From an uncultured Ruminiclostridium sp. (lineage in GTDB: Bacteria; Bacillota; Clostridia; Oscillospirales; Ruminococcaceae), in NCBI GenBank assembly GCA_944386545.1, contig CALXBK010000003.1:41436-105435 (forward strand): 64,000 nucleotides of DNA, in the 5' to 3' direction. Both the position numbers and the translations under genes were made by a program. The notes beneath the pieces were generated by a model. It worked only from the letters and a program-made list of their open reading frames with translations, was not told the origin of the DNA and made no database searches. This document shows positions 30,260 to 40,610 of this stretch, piece after piece. Each line of letters begins with the position of its first letter. The stretch's first letter is position 1.

Positions 30260-30445
30260 TTACCAGCTGGATTTCTTTACGCCGGGGATCTGTCCTTTAT
30301 AAGCAAGCTCTCTAAAGCAAATTCTGCAAATGCCGAACTTACGCATATAAGCGTGAGGTCTGCCGCAGATTTTGCATCTGTTGTAAGAACGGGTAGAAAA
30401 CTTTGCAGGGCGCTGCTGTTTAGCAATCATTGATTTCTTTGCCAT
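30260..30445 (-). CDS. rpsN: 30S ribosomal protein S14, type Z (zinc-binding, 61 aa)
   Basis: Contains [21 protein letters not shown] with the CxxC..CxxC pattern. Confidence 0.96.
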   Translation of the reverse strand: MAKKSMIAKQQRPAKFSTRSYNRCKICGRPHAYMRKFGICRICFRELAYKGQIPGVKKSSW

Positions 30446-30463
30446 AGTGTTTTGTTTCCTTTC

Positions 30464-31009
30464 TTACTTTGCGAACGGAGCGCCCATGAGAGAGAGCAGC
30501 TCTCTTGCTTCTTCGTCGGTCTTGGCAGTGGTTACAAAGTTGATGTCCATGCCTCTTACCTTATCAATCTTATCGTACTCGATTTCGGGGAAGATAAGCT
30601 GTTCCTTGATACCTGTGGAGTAGTTGCCTCTGCCGTCGAACGAGTTGGGGTTGATACCTCTGAAGTCACGTACACGGGGAAGCGCTACATTGAAAAATCT
30701 GTCGAGGAACTCGTACATCTTATCATCTCTGAGCGTTACCTTAACGCCGATTACCATACCTTCTCTGAGCTTGAAGTTAGCCACAGACTTCTTAGCACGG
30801 CAGATAACGGGCTTCTGACCTGTAATCTGCATAAGATCGCTCATGATAGCGTCAACTACCTTTGCGTTCTCCTTAGCCTCGCCGCAGCCGACATTGATGA
30901 TTATCTTGTCGAGCTTGGGAACCTGCATAATGCTTTTGTAGCCGAACTTCTTGAAAAGAGCAGGAGCAACCGTTTCTCTGTAATATGCTTTCATTCTTGT
31001 CATATTCAT
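30464..31009 (-). CDS. rplE: 50S ribosomal protein L5
   Basis: Translation and gene order. Confidence 0.97.
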   Translation of the reverse strand: MNMTRMKAYYRETVAPALFKKFGYKSIMQVPKLDKIIINVGCGEAKENAKVVDAIMSDLMQITGQKPVICRAKKSVANFKLREGMVIGVKVTLRDDKMYEFLDRFFNVALPRVRDFRGINPNSFDGRGNYSTGIKEQLIFPEIEYDKIDKVRGMDINFVTTAKTDEEARELLSLMGAPFAK

Positions 31010-31077
31010 TATTCTCCTTAACCGGCAGCAGCGGGAAGTTACTTTATCCTACCTTTCTGCCGTTATTGGGGCGCTGA

Positions 31078-31392
31078 TTAAAGCTCAGCGCCGCAGTGCT
31101 TGCAAACTCTTACTTTCTTGTCGCCCTTAACCTCATGACCTACTCTTGTAGGCTTGCTGCACTTGGGGCATACCGGCATAACCTTGCACGCATAGATAGG
31201 AGCTTCTGCCTTTACAAGGCCGCCCTGCTCACCCTGTCTTCTGGGCTTAACGTGCTTTGTTACGAGGTTTCTGCCTTCGATAATTACCTTCTTTTCCTTG
31301 GGGGATACTTCCAGAACCTTGCCCTGCTTGCCCTTGTCTTTGCCGGACATGATCTGAACGTTATCGCCTGTTTTAACGTGTAATGTGTTCAT
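31078..31392 (-). CDS. rplX: 50S ribosomal protein L24 with a C-terminal CxxC..CxxC zinc ribbon
   Basis: A KOW core plus the tail [18 protein letters not shown]. Confidence 0.96.
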   Translation of the reverse strand: MNTLHVKTGDNVQIMSGKDKGKQGKVLEVSPKEKKVIIEGRNLVTKHVKPRRQGEQGGLVKAEAPIYACKVMPVCPKCSKPTRVGHEVKGDKKVRVCKHCGAEL

Positions 31393-31406
31393 TAGCGACC
31401 TCCGTA

Positions 31407-31775
31407 TTATAATACTTCGGGAGCGAGTGAAAGGATCTTCATGTAGTCCTTGTCACGCAGCTCTCTGGCTACGGGCCCAAAAATACGGGTACCTCTGGGG
31501 TTCTTGTCTTCTTTTATAATTACGGCAGCATTCTCGTCGAAACGGATATATGTGCCGTCATCACGTCTGATGCCTGTTGCGGAACGAACGATTACACACT
31601 TTACAACGTCGCCCTTCTTAACGGTTCCGCCGGGATTAGCCTTCTTTACGGAAGCTACCACTACATCGCCTATGTTAGCGTACTTTCTGCGTGTACCGCC
31701 CAGTACTCTGATGCACATAAGCTCTTTAGCGCCCGTGTTATCCGCAACCTTCATGCGTGTCTGCATCTGAATCAT
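31407..31775 (-). CDS. rplN: 50S ribosomal protein L14
   Basis: Translation ([17 protein letters not shown]..) and gene order. Confidence 0.97.
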   Translation of the reverse strand: MIQMQTRMKVADNTGAKELMCIRVLGGTRRKYANIGDVVVASVKKANPGGTVKKGDVVKCVIVRSATGIRRDDGTYIRFDENAAVIIKEDKNPRGTRIFGPVARELRDKDYMKILSLAPEVL

Positions 31776-31811
31776 GGATTTATTCTCCTTCCGATAAATT
31801 TAAAGCGGTGA

Positions 31812-32069
31812 TTACTTAGCCTTTTCGATGATGTTTACCAGGCGCCATCTCTTATCCTTGGAAAGAGGTCTGGTTTCCATAATCTCAACCGTGTCGCCGA
31901 TACCGCAGGAATTGTTTTCATCGTGCGCCTTAAGCTTGATTGTACGCTTGATGATTTTCTTGTAAAGAGGATGACGCACGTTGTCCTTGATAGCTACTAC
32001 GATGGTCTTATCCATCTTATCGCTTACAACCGTACCAACTCTGGTCTTTCTCAGATTTCTTTCGCTCAA
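31812..32069 (-). CDS. rpsQ: 30S ribosomal protein S17
   Basis: Translation and gene order. Confidence 0.97.
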   Translation of the reverse strand: MSERNLRKTRVGTVVSDKMDKTIVVAIKDNVRHPLYKKIIKRTIKLKAHDENNSCGIGDTVEIMETRPLSKDKRWRLVNIIEKAK

Positions 32070-32089
32070 AGTCTTGTCCTCCTCTTCTC

Positions 32090-32293
32090 TTACTTGTTGT
32101 CAGCAGCCAGCTCACGTTCGCGCTGGATTGTCTTGACAACTGCAATTTCCTTCTTCACTGCGCCAATTCTTGTAGGATTGTCGAGCTTGTTTACGGCGAG
32201 CTGAAAACGGAGGTTGAATAATTCCTGCTTAAGCTCTATAAGCTTCTTATCGAGCTCCACCTCGGATAACTCTCTGATTTCTTTAACCTTCAT
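32090..32293 (-). CDS. rpmC: 50S ribosomal protein L29
   Basis: Translation and gene order. Confidence 0.96.
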   Translation of the reverse strand: MKVKEIRELSEVELDKKLIELKQELFNLRFQLAVNKLDNPTRIGAVKKEIAVVKTIQRERELAADNK

Positions 32294-32715
32294 TACTGCT
32301 CACCTCCTGTTTCCTTGGTGACAAACTTGCACTTGATGGGGAGCTTGTGCATCGCAAGACGCATAGCTTCTCTTGCAGTTTCCTCGGGAACGCCGGCAAT
32401 CTCAAACATTACTCTGCCGGGCTTTACTACCGCTACCCAGTACTCGGGAGAACCTTTACCGGAACCCATTCGGGTTTCAGCGGGCTTCTCGGTGATGGGC
32501 TTGTCGGGGAATATCTTGATCCAAACCTGACCGCCACGCTTGATGTAACGAGTCATCGCAATACGGGCTGCCTCAATCTGGTTTGAGGTGATCCATGCGG
32601 GCTCAACAGCCTGAAGGCCGTACTCGCCATGGCTGACTACATTGCCGCGTGTTGCTTTACCGGTCATACGACCGCGCTGTACTCTTCTGTACTTTACTCT
32701 CTTCGGAAGCAGCAT
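32293..32715 (-). CDS. rplP: 50S ribosomal protein L16
   Basis: Translation ([15 protein letters not shown]..) and gene order. Confidence 0.97.
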   Translation of the reverse strand: MLLPKRVKYRRVQRGRMTGKATRGNVVSHGEYGLQAVEPAWITSNQIEAARIAMTRYIKRGGQVWIKIFPDKPITEKPAETRMGSGKGSPEYWVAVVKPGRVMFEIAGVPEETAREAMRLAMHKLPIKCKFVTKETGGEQ

Positions 32716-33491
32716 TATTCGTTACCTCCCTCTTTTTTCTCCGCTCTTGCTCTGCGGGGTCTGTCGCCGTTTCTGCGGCGGGGCTTTTCTGTTCTCTGTG
32801 CGGGGATTTCACCCTTTAAAACTTCGCCCTTGTAAATCCAAACCTTAACGCCGATAACGCCGTAGGTTGTGTTTGCTCTTGCTACACCGTAGTCGATGTC
32901 GGCTCTGAGTGTCTGAAGGGGAATTGTACCCTCGTGGTAGCTCTCGCTGCCTGCGATTTCACGGCCGCCCAGACGTCCGCTTACCATTGTCTTGACGCCC
33001 TTAGCGCCGGATTTCATGGTTCTGCCGATGCAGGTCTTCATTGCTCTTCTGAAGGAAGCTCTCTGCTCAAGCTGAATTGCTATGTTCTCTGCAACCAGCT
33101 TTGCGTCCATATCGGGGTTCTTAACCTCAACGATGTTAAGGTTTACATCCTTGCCGCCTGCGACCTTGGAAATCTCGCCGCGAAGCTTTTCGATTTCAGC
33201 ACCCTTTGCGCCGATAAGCATACCGGGCTTAGCTGTGTGAATGTGAATTTTGATCTTACCGTCTGCGGTACGCTCAATCTCAACCCTTGCAATACCTGCC
33301 GCTCTTGAAAGCTGCTGGTCGGATCTCTCTCCGCTTGCTCTGGTGAGCATTCTCTTATTCATGATATAGTCACGGATTTTGTAGTCTTCAACGAGTGTAT
33401 CGCCAAAAGTCGCCTTGTCGGCAAACCAACGGGAATCCCAGTCTTTGATAATACCGACTCTGAGTCCGTGCGGATTAACTTTTTGTCCCAT
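32715..33491 (-). CDS. rpsC: 30S ribosomal protein S3 with a basic C-terminal extension
   Basis: Translation ([13 protein letters not shown]..) and gene order. Confidence 0.97.
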   Translation of the reverse strand: MGQKVNPHGLRVGIIKDWDSRWFADKATFGDTLVEDYKIRDYIMNKRMLTRASGERSDQQLSRAAGIARVEIERTADGKIKIHIHTAKPGMLIGAKGAEIEKLRGEISKVAGGKDVNLNIVEVKNPDMDAKLVAENIAIQLEQRASFRRAMKTCIGRTMKSGAKGVKTMVSGRLGGREIAGSESYHEGTIPLQTLRADIDYGVARANTTYGVIGVKVWIYKGEVLKGEIPAQRTEKPRRRNGDRPRRARAEKKEGGNE

Positions 33492-33502
33492 TGTGCTCCT
33501 CC

Positions 33503-33838
33503 TTATTCAGCTTCTTTTACAACCAGAACGATGTTGGAAGTTCTCTTGAGAATGCGATGTGCTCTTCCGTGATCCTTAGGTCTTATTCTCTTTAAAGTAA
33601 CGCCTGCGCCGACATGGCAGGTAGAAACGTAGCACTTGGAAACGTCCATGCCGTGGTTGTTCTCTGCGTTTGCCATTGCGGACTTGAGGAGCTTCTGTAA
33701 AGGCTCGCTCGCTGATTTGGATGTGTGCTTGAGGATCGCCATCGCCATATCGCAGGGCTTGTTTCTGATAAGATCAAGAACAATGCCGACCTTGCGGGGA
33801 GATATGCGAACCTGTCTGAGTTCTGCTCTTGCCTCCAT
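33503..33838 (-). CDS. rplV: 50S ribosomal protein L22
   Basis: Translation and gene order. Confidence 0.97.
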   Translation of the reverse strand: MEARAELRQVRISPRKVGIVLDLIRNKPCDMAMAILKHTSKSASEPLQKLLKSAMANAENNHGMDVSKCYVSTCHVGAGVTLKRIRPKDHGRAHRILKRTSNIVLVVKEAE

Positions 33839-33851
33839 TGGTTACTCCTCC

Positions 33852-34124
33852 TTACTTAGTAGTCTTGCTGCCTGCGTGACCCTTGTAGGTTCTCGTAGGA
33901 GCAAATTCTCCCAGCTTGTGGCCTACCATATCCTCGGTCACATATACGGGAACGTGCTTTCTGCCGTCATGTACGGCAAACGTATGTCCGACGAAATCGG
34001 GGAAAATCGTGCTGGAACGGCTCCAGGTCTTGAGAACCTTCTTCTCGCCTGCTTCGTTCATGGCGAGCACTCTCTTCATGAGAGCTTCCTGCACGTAAGG
34101 TCCCTTCTTTATGCTTCTGCTCAT
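33852..34124 (-). CDS. rpsS: 30S ribosomal protein S19
   Basis: Translation begins [11 protein letters not shown]. The start was moved to this ATG, which follows AAAGGAA. Confidence 0.96.
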   Translation of the reverse strand: MSRSIKKGPYVQEALMKRVLAMNEAGEKKVLKTWSRSSTIFPDFVGHTFAVHDGRKHVPVYVTEDMVGHKLGEFAPTRTYKGHAGSKTTK

Positions 34125-34236
34125 TGGTGAATTTCCTTTCAAGTGAATTGCAAGTTAATGTGCGGCGGGATTTTACTGCGTCGCAAACGCCGCACTTATT
34201 AACAATGACTTGTAATTTACAGCGATAAGAATTATC

Positions 34237-35070
34237 TTACTTGCTGTTTCTTCTCTTAACGATGAACTTATCGGTGCTCTTGCCAATCTTTCTCGTCTTG
34301 TAGCCGAGCGCGGGCTTACCCCAGGGGGTAACAGGTCCGGGACGGCCGACGGGCGACTTACCTTCACCACCGCCGTGGGGGTGATCGTTGGGGTTCATTA
34401 CAGAACCTCTTACGGTAGGTCTTACACCCTTGTGGCGCATACGGCCTGCCTTACCGTAGTTTACATTCTCGTGGTCAAGGTTGGAAACTACGCCGATTGT
34501 AGCCATACACTTATCGGAAACGTTTCTCAGCTCGCCGCTGGGAAGTCTTAAAAGTGCATATCCGTTTTCCTTAGCCATCAGCTGTGCCATGTTGCCTGCG
34601 GAACGAACGAGCTGACCGCCCTTGCCGGGGTAAAGCTCGATGTTGTGGATAACTGTACCTACGGGAATATCGGAGAGTGCAAGCGCGTTGCCGGGCTTGA
34701 TGTCTGCGTCAGCTCCGCTTCTTACCTTGTCGCCTACCTTCAGACCGTCGGGAGCGATGATGTATCTCTTCTCGCCGTCGGTGTACTGAACGAGTGCGAT
34801 GAATGCCGAACGGTTAGGATCGTATTCAAGAGTCATAACCTCTGCGTCCATACCTAACTTGTTTCTCTTAAAGTCGATTACGCGGTATTTTCTTCTCTGT
34901 GCGCCGCCCTTGTGTCTTACGGTAATTCTACCGTAGCTGTTACGGCCGGAATGCTTCTTGAGAGACTCAAGCAGGCTTTTTTCGGGTTCTACCTTTGACA
35001 GAACGCTGTAGTCTGTAACAGTCATGCCTCTGCGGCCGGGGGTGACAGGTTTATAAGTCTTTATAGCCAT
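34237..35070 (-). CDS. rplB: 50S ribosomal protein L2
   Basis: Translation and gene order. Confidence 0.97.
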   Translation of the reverse strand: MAIKTYKPVTPGRRGMTVTDYSVLSKVEPEKSLLESLKKHSGRNSYGRITVRHKGGAQRRKYRVIDFKRNKLGMDAEVMTLEYDPNRSAFIALVQYTDGEKRYIIAPDGLKVGDKVRSGADADIKPGNALALSDIPVGTVIHNIELYPGKGGQLVRSAGNMAQLMAKENGYALLRLPSGELRNVSDKCMATIGVVSNLDHENVNYGKAGRMRHKGVRPTVRGSVMNPNDHPHGGGEGKSPVGRPGPVTPWGKPALGYKTRKIGKSTDKFIVKRRNSK

Positions 35071-35083
35071 TTATATCACTCCT

Positions 35084-35383
35084 TTATATCATTCCGTCGA
35101 AGAACTCGATTGTCTTGGAGCCTTCTGCAAGTGTTACGATTGCTTTCTTCCAGGAAGCGGTGTAACCCTCGTTGCGTCCCATTCTCTTCATAACGCCGCG
35201 GCAGTTGATGGTGTTTACCTTTGCTACCTTAACGCCGGGGAAGAGAGCCTCGACAGCCTTCGCGATTTCGATTTTGTTGGAATCCTTGGCAACTTCAAAT
35301 GTGTACTTGCCCTGAGTGAGCATCTCCATGCTTCTCTCTGTGATGATGGGCTTGATTATAATATCGTAAGCAAGCTTTGCCAT
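35084..35383 (-). CDS. rplW: 50S ribosomal protein L23
   Basis: Translation and gene order. Confidence 0.96.
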   Translation of the reverse strand: MAKLAYDIIIKPIITERSMEMLTQGKYTFEVAKDSNKIEIAKAVEALFPGVKVAKVNTINCRGVMKRMGRNEGYTASWKKAIVTLAEGSKTIEFFDGMI

Positions 35384-36003
35384 TATGCGTACACCTCCTC
35401 GATTGCTGCAACGGCATTCTTAACAACGATGAACTTGTTGTACTTTAAGATGTCGTATACGTTAAGAGTGTTTACCTGTGTAGTCTTTACACCAGGGATA
35501 TTAGCCGCACTCCTGATAACCTTATCGTCAACGGTGTCAAGAACGATGAGCGCCTTTTCTGCGCTGAGTGCCTTGAGCATATTAACGATGGTCTTTGTCT
35601 TGTACTCATCAGACTTGATAGCGTCAACTACTATCATGTCGTTGTCCAGCACCTTAGAAGAAAGTGCAGACTTGAGAGCCAATCTCTTTACCTTTTTATT
35701 CAAAGAGTAGCTGTAGCTTCTGGGCTTGGGACCTAAAGCGACGCCGCCGTGTCTCCACTGAGGCGCTCTGGTTGAGCCCTGTCTTGCGTGTCCCGTACCC
35801 TTCTGACGCCAAGGCTTTCTACCGCCGCCGCTTACCTCTGTTCTGGTAAGTGTCGACTGAGTACCCTGACGCTGATTAGCCAGGTAGTTTACTACTGCGG
35901 CGTGCATAACAACTGCGTTGGGCTCAATGCCGAACACTGCGTCGTTAAGCTCAAGGTCGGATACAACAGCGCCTGTCATATCATAAACTGATACTTTTGC
36001 CAT
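35383..36003 (-). CDS. rplD: 50S ribosomal protein L4
   Basis: Translation and gene order. Confidence 0.97.
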   Translation of the reverse strand: MAKVSVYDMTGAVVSDLELNDAVFGIEPNAVVMHAAVVNYLANQRQGTQSTLTRTEVSGGGRKPWRQKGTGHARQGSTRAPQWRHGGVALGPKPRSYSYSLNKKVKRLALKSALSSKVLDNDMIVVDAIKSDEYKTKTIVNMLKALSAEKALIVLDTVDDKVIRSAANIPGVKTTQVNTLNVYDILKYNKFIVVKNAVAAIEEVYA

Positions 36004-36017
36004 ATTAATCCTCCTTC

Positions 36018-36653
36018 TTACGCTTTCTTAACCGCATCGGTAATGCAAACCACTCCGCCCTTAGGACCGGGAACAGCACCCTTGATTGCGATAAGATTGT
36101 TTTCTGCATCAATTTTAACGATTACGAGATTTTGAACCGTTACGTTTTCACAGCCCATGTGACCTGCCATGCCCTTGCCCTTGAAAATTCTTGAAGGAGA
36201 GGAGCAAGCGCCCATAGAGCCTGCCTGTCTTACAACAGGGCCGGAACCGTGGGTTTCCTTGAGTCTGTGCTGGTTGTGACGCTTGATTGCGCCCTGGAAG
36301 CCCTTACCCTTGCTGATGCCGCTTACGTCGATTACATCGCCTGCCGCAAATGTGTCAGCCTTAATGATGTCGCCTACGTTTACGCCGCTGATGTCGTCAA
36401 GTCTGAACTCCTTGAGAGTTCTCTTGAAGGGGAGGTCGTTCTTTTTAAAGTGACCTGTCATGGGCTTGTTTACGTGCTTGGGAGATACATCTCCGAAGCC
36501 GAGCTGTACGGCCTCATAGCCGTCGTTATCAGCAGTCTTTACCTGTGTTACTACGCAGGGACCTGCTTCGATAACGGTAACGGGAACAACCTTTCCCGCC
36601 TCGTCGAAAATCTGAGTCATTCCGATTTTCTTTCCGATTAAACCCTTAGTCAT
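36018..36653 (-). CDS. rplC: 50S ribosomal protein L3
   Basis: Translation and gene order. Confidence 0.97.
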   Translation of the reverse strand: MTKGLIGKKIGMTQIFDEAGKVVPVTVIEAGPCVVTQVKTADNDGYEAVQLGFGDVSPKHVNKPMTGHFKKNDLPFKRTLKEFRLDDISGVNVGDIIKADTFAAGDVIDVSGISKGKGFQGAIKRHNQHRLKETHGSGPVVRQAGSMGACSSPSRIFKGKGMAGHMGCENVTVQNLVIVKIDAENNLIAIKGAVPGPKGGVVCITDAVKKA

Positions 36654-36777
36654 GGTTTAATTCCTCCTTTTGGTTATTGGTCGGTTTCCCGACGTGACCA
36701 CCGACGCCGATATTTCGGGTTGTTTCCGGCGCCGCCGGTTATTGGTTGACATAAAGCCAACATAACTTCGCTACGGA

Positions 36778-37089
36778 TTAAGCCTCCATAGTCATTTCCA
36801 CACCTGCGGGAAGCTCTAAGCTCTTTAATGCTTCAACCGTCTTGTTGGTGGGGCGGATTACGTCGATAAGACGCTTGTGAGTTCTCAGCTCGAACTGCTC
36901 ACGGCTGTCCTTGTAGTTGTGAACAGCTCTGAGGATTGTGATTACTTCTCTGTTGGTAGGAAGCGGGATAGGTCCTGCAACTCTTGAACCTGTGCGCTTT
37001 GCTGTTTCTACAATCTTTGCTGCAGCAGCGTCAACCAGAGTGTGCTCATAACCCTTGATCTTGATTCTCACTTTTTCCTTTACTGCCAT
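36778..37089 (-). CDS. rpsJ: 30S ribosomal protein S10
   Basis: Its translation identifies it, and it is the first gene of the cluster. Confidence 0.97.
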   Translation of the reverse strand: MAVKEKVRIKIKGYEHTLVDAAAAKIVETAKRTGSRVAGPIPLPTNREVITILRAVHNYKDSREQFELRTHKRLIDVIRPTNKTVEALKSLELPAGVEMTMEA

Positions 37090-37363
37090 TTTCGTTTCTC
37101 CCTTCGTAATTTTTCGGGGGAATGATACGATTTAACAAACATACCGTGCCGGGTGTTTCATATCTTTGCAATATAAAACAGGATTTTTCCCAAGGGGGTA
37201 TTGGCTTCTGCCAACCCTTCCCGCAAACGGGAAGCAATCCTTCGTACAAGGCTATGCCAAACCGCTTTCGCCCATTCACTGGACATACTCCGCTCAAATT
37301 ACCGGCAAAGCCGCAACCTTGAGCATCACAGCATATCTTTGCAGTTTTCTGCGTTCGCACGCA
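37090..37363 (-). promoter_or_regulatory. Long structured 5' leader of the S10 operon (unclassified)
   Basis: About 270 nt lie between the predicted transcription start and the rpsJ ATG. Hairpins include GCGT-GCGA-ACGC, GCTCAA[..CGGC-ttt-GCCG..]TTGAGC, CTTCCCG-tttg-CGGGAAG and TTGGC-agaa-GCCAA. Internal direct repeats are TGCAAAGATATG (x2) and TACGAAGG (x2, the second copy at the SD). Confidence 0.5.
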
Positions 37364-37369
37364 AAATTT

Positions 37370-37398
37370 ATTATACATTATTGTAATGCGGAATACAA
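37370..37398 (-). promoter_or_regulatory. Sigma-A promoter of the S10-spc-alpha cluster
   Basis: On the minus strand TTGTAT-17 nt-TATAAT. Confidence 0.6.
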
Positions 37399-37528
37399 GC
37401 TTTTTTGAAAAATTTGTTGTAAAAATTTTAGGTGTTTTTAGGCTTTTATTTGTTTAATTTGCATAAATCGACCGTTTTTAAGCGCATCCACAGAAAAACA
37501 ACGGGGGAGAGCCTACTTCCAACAGTTT

Positions 37529-37563
37529 ACCAAAACAATAAGAGAGCGCCTCGAAACGCTCCC
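37529..37563 (-). terminator. Terminator of the G5/3D-domain gene
   Basis: On the minus strand GGGAGCG-tttcgagg-CGCTCTC is followed by TTATTGTTTTGG. Confidence 0.6.
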
Positions 37564-37606
37564 TTATTTCCACACTGTAAATTTCGATTGTAAGCGGCAG
37601 GATTAA

Positions 37607-38857
37607 TTAACCGTTGCCGACCTCTATTACATATATATCCACATACTGAAGTCCCCATGCACAAGCGTCAGCGTAATGCTCGGAAGTGCTTCCCATGTAG
37701 ACATCGACGGGAATACTGCCGTCCATCATTCCGTCGCCGGTATCTGCGGCAATCGCATAGCCGTAGCAGATGTTATCATTCTGTCCCACTATATACAGCT
37801 TAGAGCCGTAGGGAATGACATTGGGGTTTACTGCACAGGTGCCTATCTCGGCAAGTCTGCCGCTTGCGGTGCGCGCGCCCTCTCTTGCGGTGTAGGCTGT
37901 CGCCTTGCCGGATACGATGTACTCGTAATCAATAGGTCTGCCGTTTTCAAGCACGATGGAAGTATCATCTATCTTGCAGTAGGGAGTGACAATTGCCGCG
38001 CCTTCTGCAATAACCTCGTCAACCTTTTCGGTGACAACGGTAGTCTCTTTCTTTACATCGGTCTTTACACCGTCAATGTAGGTGGTGGTTGTGGTTGTTC
38101 TTATTCTTCCGTCAACGCCCTCGGTACGTACCTCGGAGTCGCCGATTGCAAGAATGTTTGTGGTAACGGTAGAGGTCTGATAGGGGATAACCTTGTCAAC
38201 CGACTTGGTCTTTATCTCAACTCTCGAAACCTTTATTTCGCAGGGCTCGGAAATTACCGCACCGAGCTCCTCGGAAACCATATCATCATTGTCAACGGTA
38301 ACGCCTGCTCTTTCAAGCAGTTCGGATACAGTGTTGTCAAGGCATTTAACGGTATGGGTTTTGCCGTCCGCCGTTATGCTGACATCAAAAGCCCTCGTAA
38401 CTGTGATTTTTTCGCCCTCTTTCACAACCTCGTCAAGTGCGGGGACAATTGTGTCATATTCGCCGTACTCAATGCCTGCCTGCTCAAGCAACTGTGCGGT
38501 TGTCAGGTCAACATTGTAAGCCGTTGCAGTTTCTTTTCCGTCTACCGTAACAGGAACCTCAAAGGCTCTGTCAATTTTAAGGGTAGCTGTAACGGAACTA
38601 TCAAAGCCGCTAAATTCAATCTTATCATAAGCTCCGATTTTGATATTGTTTTCTCTTAATATTTCATAAGGATCTGCGCTGACAGTGTAAACTGTTCGTT
38701 TTTCGTTTTCGTCTATAATCTGCACGTCATTTCTGAAATACAGCAGACCGGTCATCAGGAACACACCGAAGATACTGCCGAAGATAAGTACAATCTTCAA
38801 AAGGGCGTTCTTGGAAACCTTTACCGAAAAACCGGTATTTTTGAATCGTGGGAACAT
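37607..38857 (-). CDS. Cell-wall protein with DUF348 repeats, G5 domain and C-terminal 3D (RlpA/MltA-like) domain (YabE/RpfB-like)
   Basis: It has an N-terminal TM and repeated ubiquitin-like DUF348 segments (..TVSELLERAGV..). A G5-like region is present (..VTTNILAIGDSEVRTEGVDGRIRTT..), as is the 3D motif (GTCAVNPNVIPYGSKLYI..AADTG). I set the start at MFPRFKN after AAAGGCGGA. Confidence 0.8.
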   Translation of the reverse strand: MFPRFKNTGFSVKVSKNALLKIVLIFGSIFGVFLMTGLLYFRNDVQIIDENEKRTVYTVSADPYEILRENNIKIGAYDKIEFSGFDSSVTATLKIDRAFEVPVTVDGKETATAYNVDLTTAQLLEQAGIEYGEYDTIVPALDEVVKEGEKITVTRAFDVSITADGKTHTVKCLDNTVSELLERAGVTVDNDDMVSEELGAVISEPCEIKVSRVEIKTKSVDKVIPYQTSTVTTNILAIGDSEVRTEGVDGRIRTTTTTTYIDGVKTDVKKETTVVTEKVDEVIAEGAAIVTPYCKIDDTSIVLENGRPIDYEYIVSGKATAYTAREGARTASGRLAEIGTCAVNPNVIPYGSKLYIVGQNDNICYGYAIAADTGDGMMDGSIPVDVYMGSTSEHYADACAWGLQYVDIYVIEVGNG

Positions 38858-39041
38858 AATTCCGCCTTTCTCATTGTTCGTGTATCTTTTTGATTTCTTT
38901 CCGTTTTCCGTCGGCCAAAGTACATACCGCATATATAAATTATGGGCAGAGCTTTTTGCCATAGTCACATTATAATTTTCAATTTTGAAAATGTCAAATC
39001 AGTTTAGCGGCGCATTTTTGTTGAAAATAACCAAAAAATCC

Positions 39042-39085
39042 TTGTTACCGTTTTGTTACCATTTTGTTACCGTTTTGTAAACAGT
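39042..39085. repeat. Four phased 11-bp tandem repeats (TTGTTACCGTT / TTGTTACCATT / TTGTTACCGTT / TTGTAAACAGT)
   Basis: Read directly from the sequence. The period is one helical turn. They lie inside a 535-bp AT-rich spacer between sigF and the G5/3D gene. Confidence 0.85.
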
Positions 39086-39504
39086 TATTTTTTGGCATTT
39101 CTTAACTGATATTGTAATTTTATTTGGCAAACTTCCCAAAAATTGAATTTTAAATTTTGCGTTGATAATAAACAAAATTTTTTATAAAATTTTATAGTTT
39201 ATAGTCAATTTTACACATTGATAACAAATCAGTCGTTACATTAAAAATTACTAAAAACGTATAAAATCGCATATTGATGAGAAAAACGGAATGCGAGAAA
39301 AGCGACAAGGCTATGAGTGGGGAACGCCCTTTTTATATATTATAATAGTATAAGCCGCACGGTCAGCCCGCCTTACCGAATCAGCACATCAAATTACACA
39401 AAAAATCGATGTAAAGAGATTGTAAACAGGCTGTTTTTAACAACAAATGTTGAAAACGCCGTTGAAAATGTTAAAAATCCTGCTATATCATTTCATTTTA
39501 ACTC

Positions 39505-40170
39505 TCAGCAAAGCAGCTCCTCTTTGAGCAGGGAGAGGATTTTCTTTTCACGGCGGGAAACCTGCACCTGCGTCATTCCGAGAAGCTCAGCGGTTTTGCT
39601 CTGTGTCAGCTCCTCCGCGTACCTCAGATGAATAAGCTGTCTGTCCCTTCCCTCAAGTCGGGAAACAAGCTGTCGCAGGGCAATTTTTTCAGAGGCGCAA
39701 AGCTGGGGCGGCGGCACGGGAATATCAATGCTCCCCTCCAATTCATCGTCATCATCGTATGTGCTGAGAGAAACAGGCGGCAGTGAAGCACCGAGCGCAA
39801 GCCCTGCCTCCTCCACGGTAATGCCCATTTTATCGGCGAGTACGCTTAAGTGCGGCTCTTCTCCGTTTTTTATCATCTCGTCACGCAGACGGCAGAGCTT
39901 CAGCGACAGCTCTTTAAGACTGCGGCTGACCTTGACTGCGCCGCCGTCACGGAAAAGCTGTTTGATTTCTCCCATAATCACGGGTACGGCATAGGTGGAG
40001 AATTTAAGCCCTCTGCTCTCATCAAAGTTATTGCCCGCCTTGACAAGTCCGACGCACCCTGCGGAAAACAGCTCCTCGTACTCTATCCCTCTGTCCTTGA
40101 AGCGGGAGGCGATGGAATGTACCAGCGCAAAATGTTCTGTTATAAAGGAGTTATCCTTTTGTTCGCTCAT
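39505..40170 (-). CDS. sigF: Sporulation sigma factor SigF
   Basis: A sigma-70 family protein with regions 2-4 (..GLVKAGNNFD..; C-terminal HTH TAELLGMTQVQVSRREKKIL). It is the third gene of a spoIIA-type operon. Confidence 0.9.
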   Translation of the reverse strand: MSEQKDNSFITEHFALVHSIASRFKDRGIEYEELFSAGCVGLVKAGNNFDESRGLKFSTYAVPVIMGEIKQLFRDGGAVKVSRSLKELSLKLCRLRDEMIKNGEEPHLSVLADKMGITVEEAGLALGASLPPVSLSTYDDDDELEGSIDIPVPPPQLCASEKIALRQLVSRLEGRDRQLIHLRYAEELTQSKTAELLGMTQVQVSRREKKILSLLKEELLC

Positions 40171-40610
40171 GCTAATTCCTTTTTGTCAAGCCTTACCGTG
40201 AGAGTTACCGTTGTGCCTTTTCCGGGCGTTGAGGTAACCTTTAGCTTATCGCAGCAGCTCTCCATTACCGCAAAGCCGAGCCCCGCACGTTCTTCCTCGG
40301 GCTTTGAGGTGAAAAGCGGCGTCATTGCCTGCTTAATATCGTCAATTCCACAGCCCTTGTCCCGAATTTTTATGTACAGCGTATCGTCCTTTATTTTTGC
40401 GGTAATCTCCACAACTCCGACAACGGGACTGTCGGCGTAGGCGTGAACAATGCAGTTTGTAACCGCCTCGGACACCGCCGCCTTGATGTCTCCGATTTTA
40501 TCAACCGTGGGATCAAGCTGTGCGGCGAACGCAGACACCGCCGCCCTTGCAAAGCTCTCATTGCGGGAGAGTGCGGGCAGAGTTATTTTAAAATAGTTAT
40601 CGTGCTTCAT
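40167..40610 (-). CDS. spoIIAB: Anti-sigma F factor / serine kinase SpoIIAB
   Basis: HATPase_c motifs are present (AVSEAVTNCIVHAY, RDKGCGI, GLGFAV). It overlaps sigF by 4 nt. Confidence 0.92.
   Translation of the reverse strand: MKHDNYFKITLPALSRNESFARAAVSAFAAQLDPTVDKIGDIKAAVSEAVTNCIVHAYADSPVVGVVEITAKIKDDTLYIKIRDKGCGIDDIKQAMTPLFTSKPEEERAGLGFAVMESCCDKLKVTSTPGKGTTVTLTVRLDKKELA

Noticed and set aside
37090-37363. 6S RNA or another stand-alone sRNA upstream of rpsJ
   Set aside because: I found no long-range 5'/3' closing helix or central-bubble architecture. There is no terminator between this region and rpsJ, so it is more simply a leader. SRP RNA, RNase P, tmRNA and T-box signature motifs are absent.
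37046-37378. 110-aa minus-strand ORF covering the S10 leader and overlapping the rpsJ start
   Set aside because: It has no SD and a low-complexity Cys/Pro/Gly-rich translation. It overlaps the rpsJ coding start and runs through stable hairpins.
37676-38659. 327-aa ORF on the plus strand, antisense to the G5/3D gene. Similar long antisense ORFs lie at 14486-15343, 15880-16560, 6195-6866, 5441-5941, 8588-9334, 24971-25525 and 50951-51706.
   Set aside because: Each lies entirely inside a confidently identified gene on the other strand. None has an SD or a recognisable motif, and their Cys/Gly/Arg/Val-rich composition is typical of shadow frames.
39042-39085. CRISPR-like or minisatellite array
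   Set aside because: The units are only 11 bp, they are contiguous with no spacers, and no cas genes are nearby.
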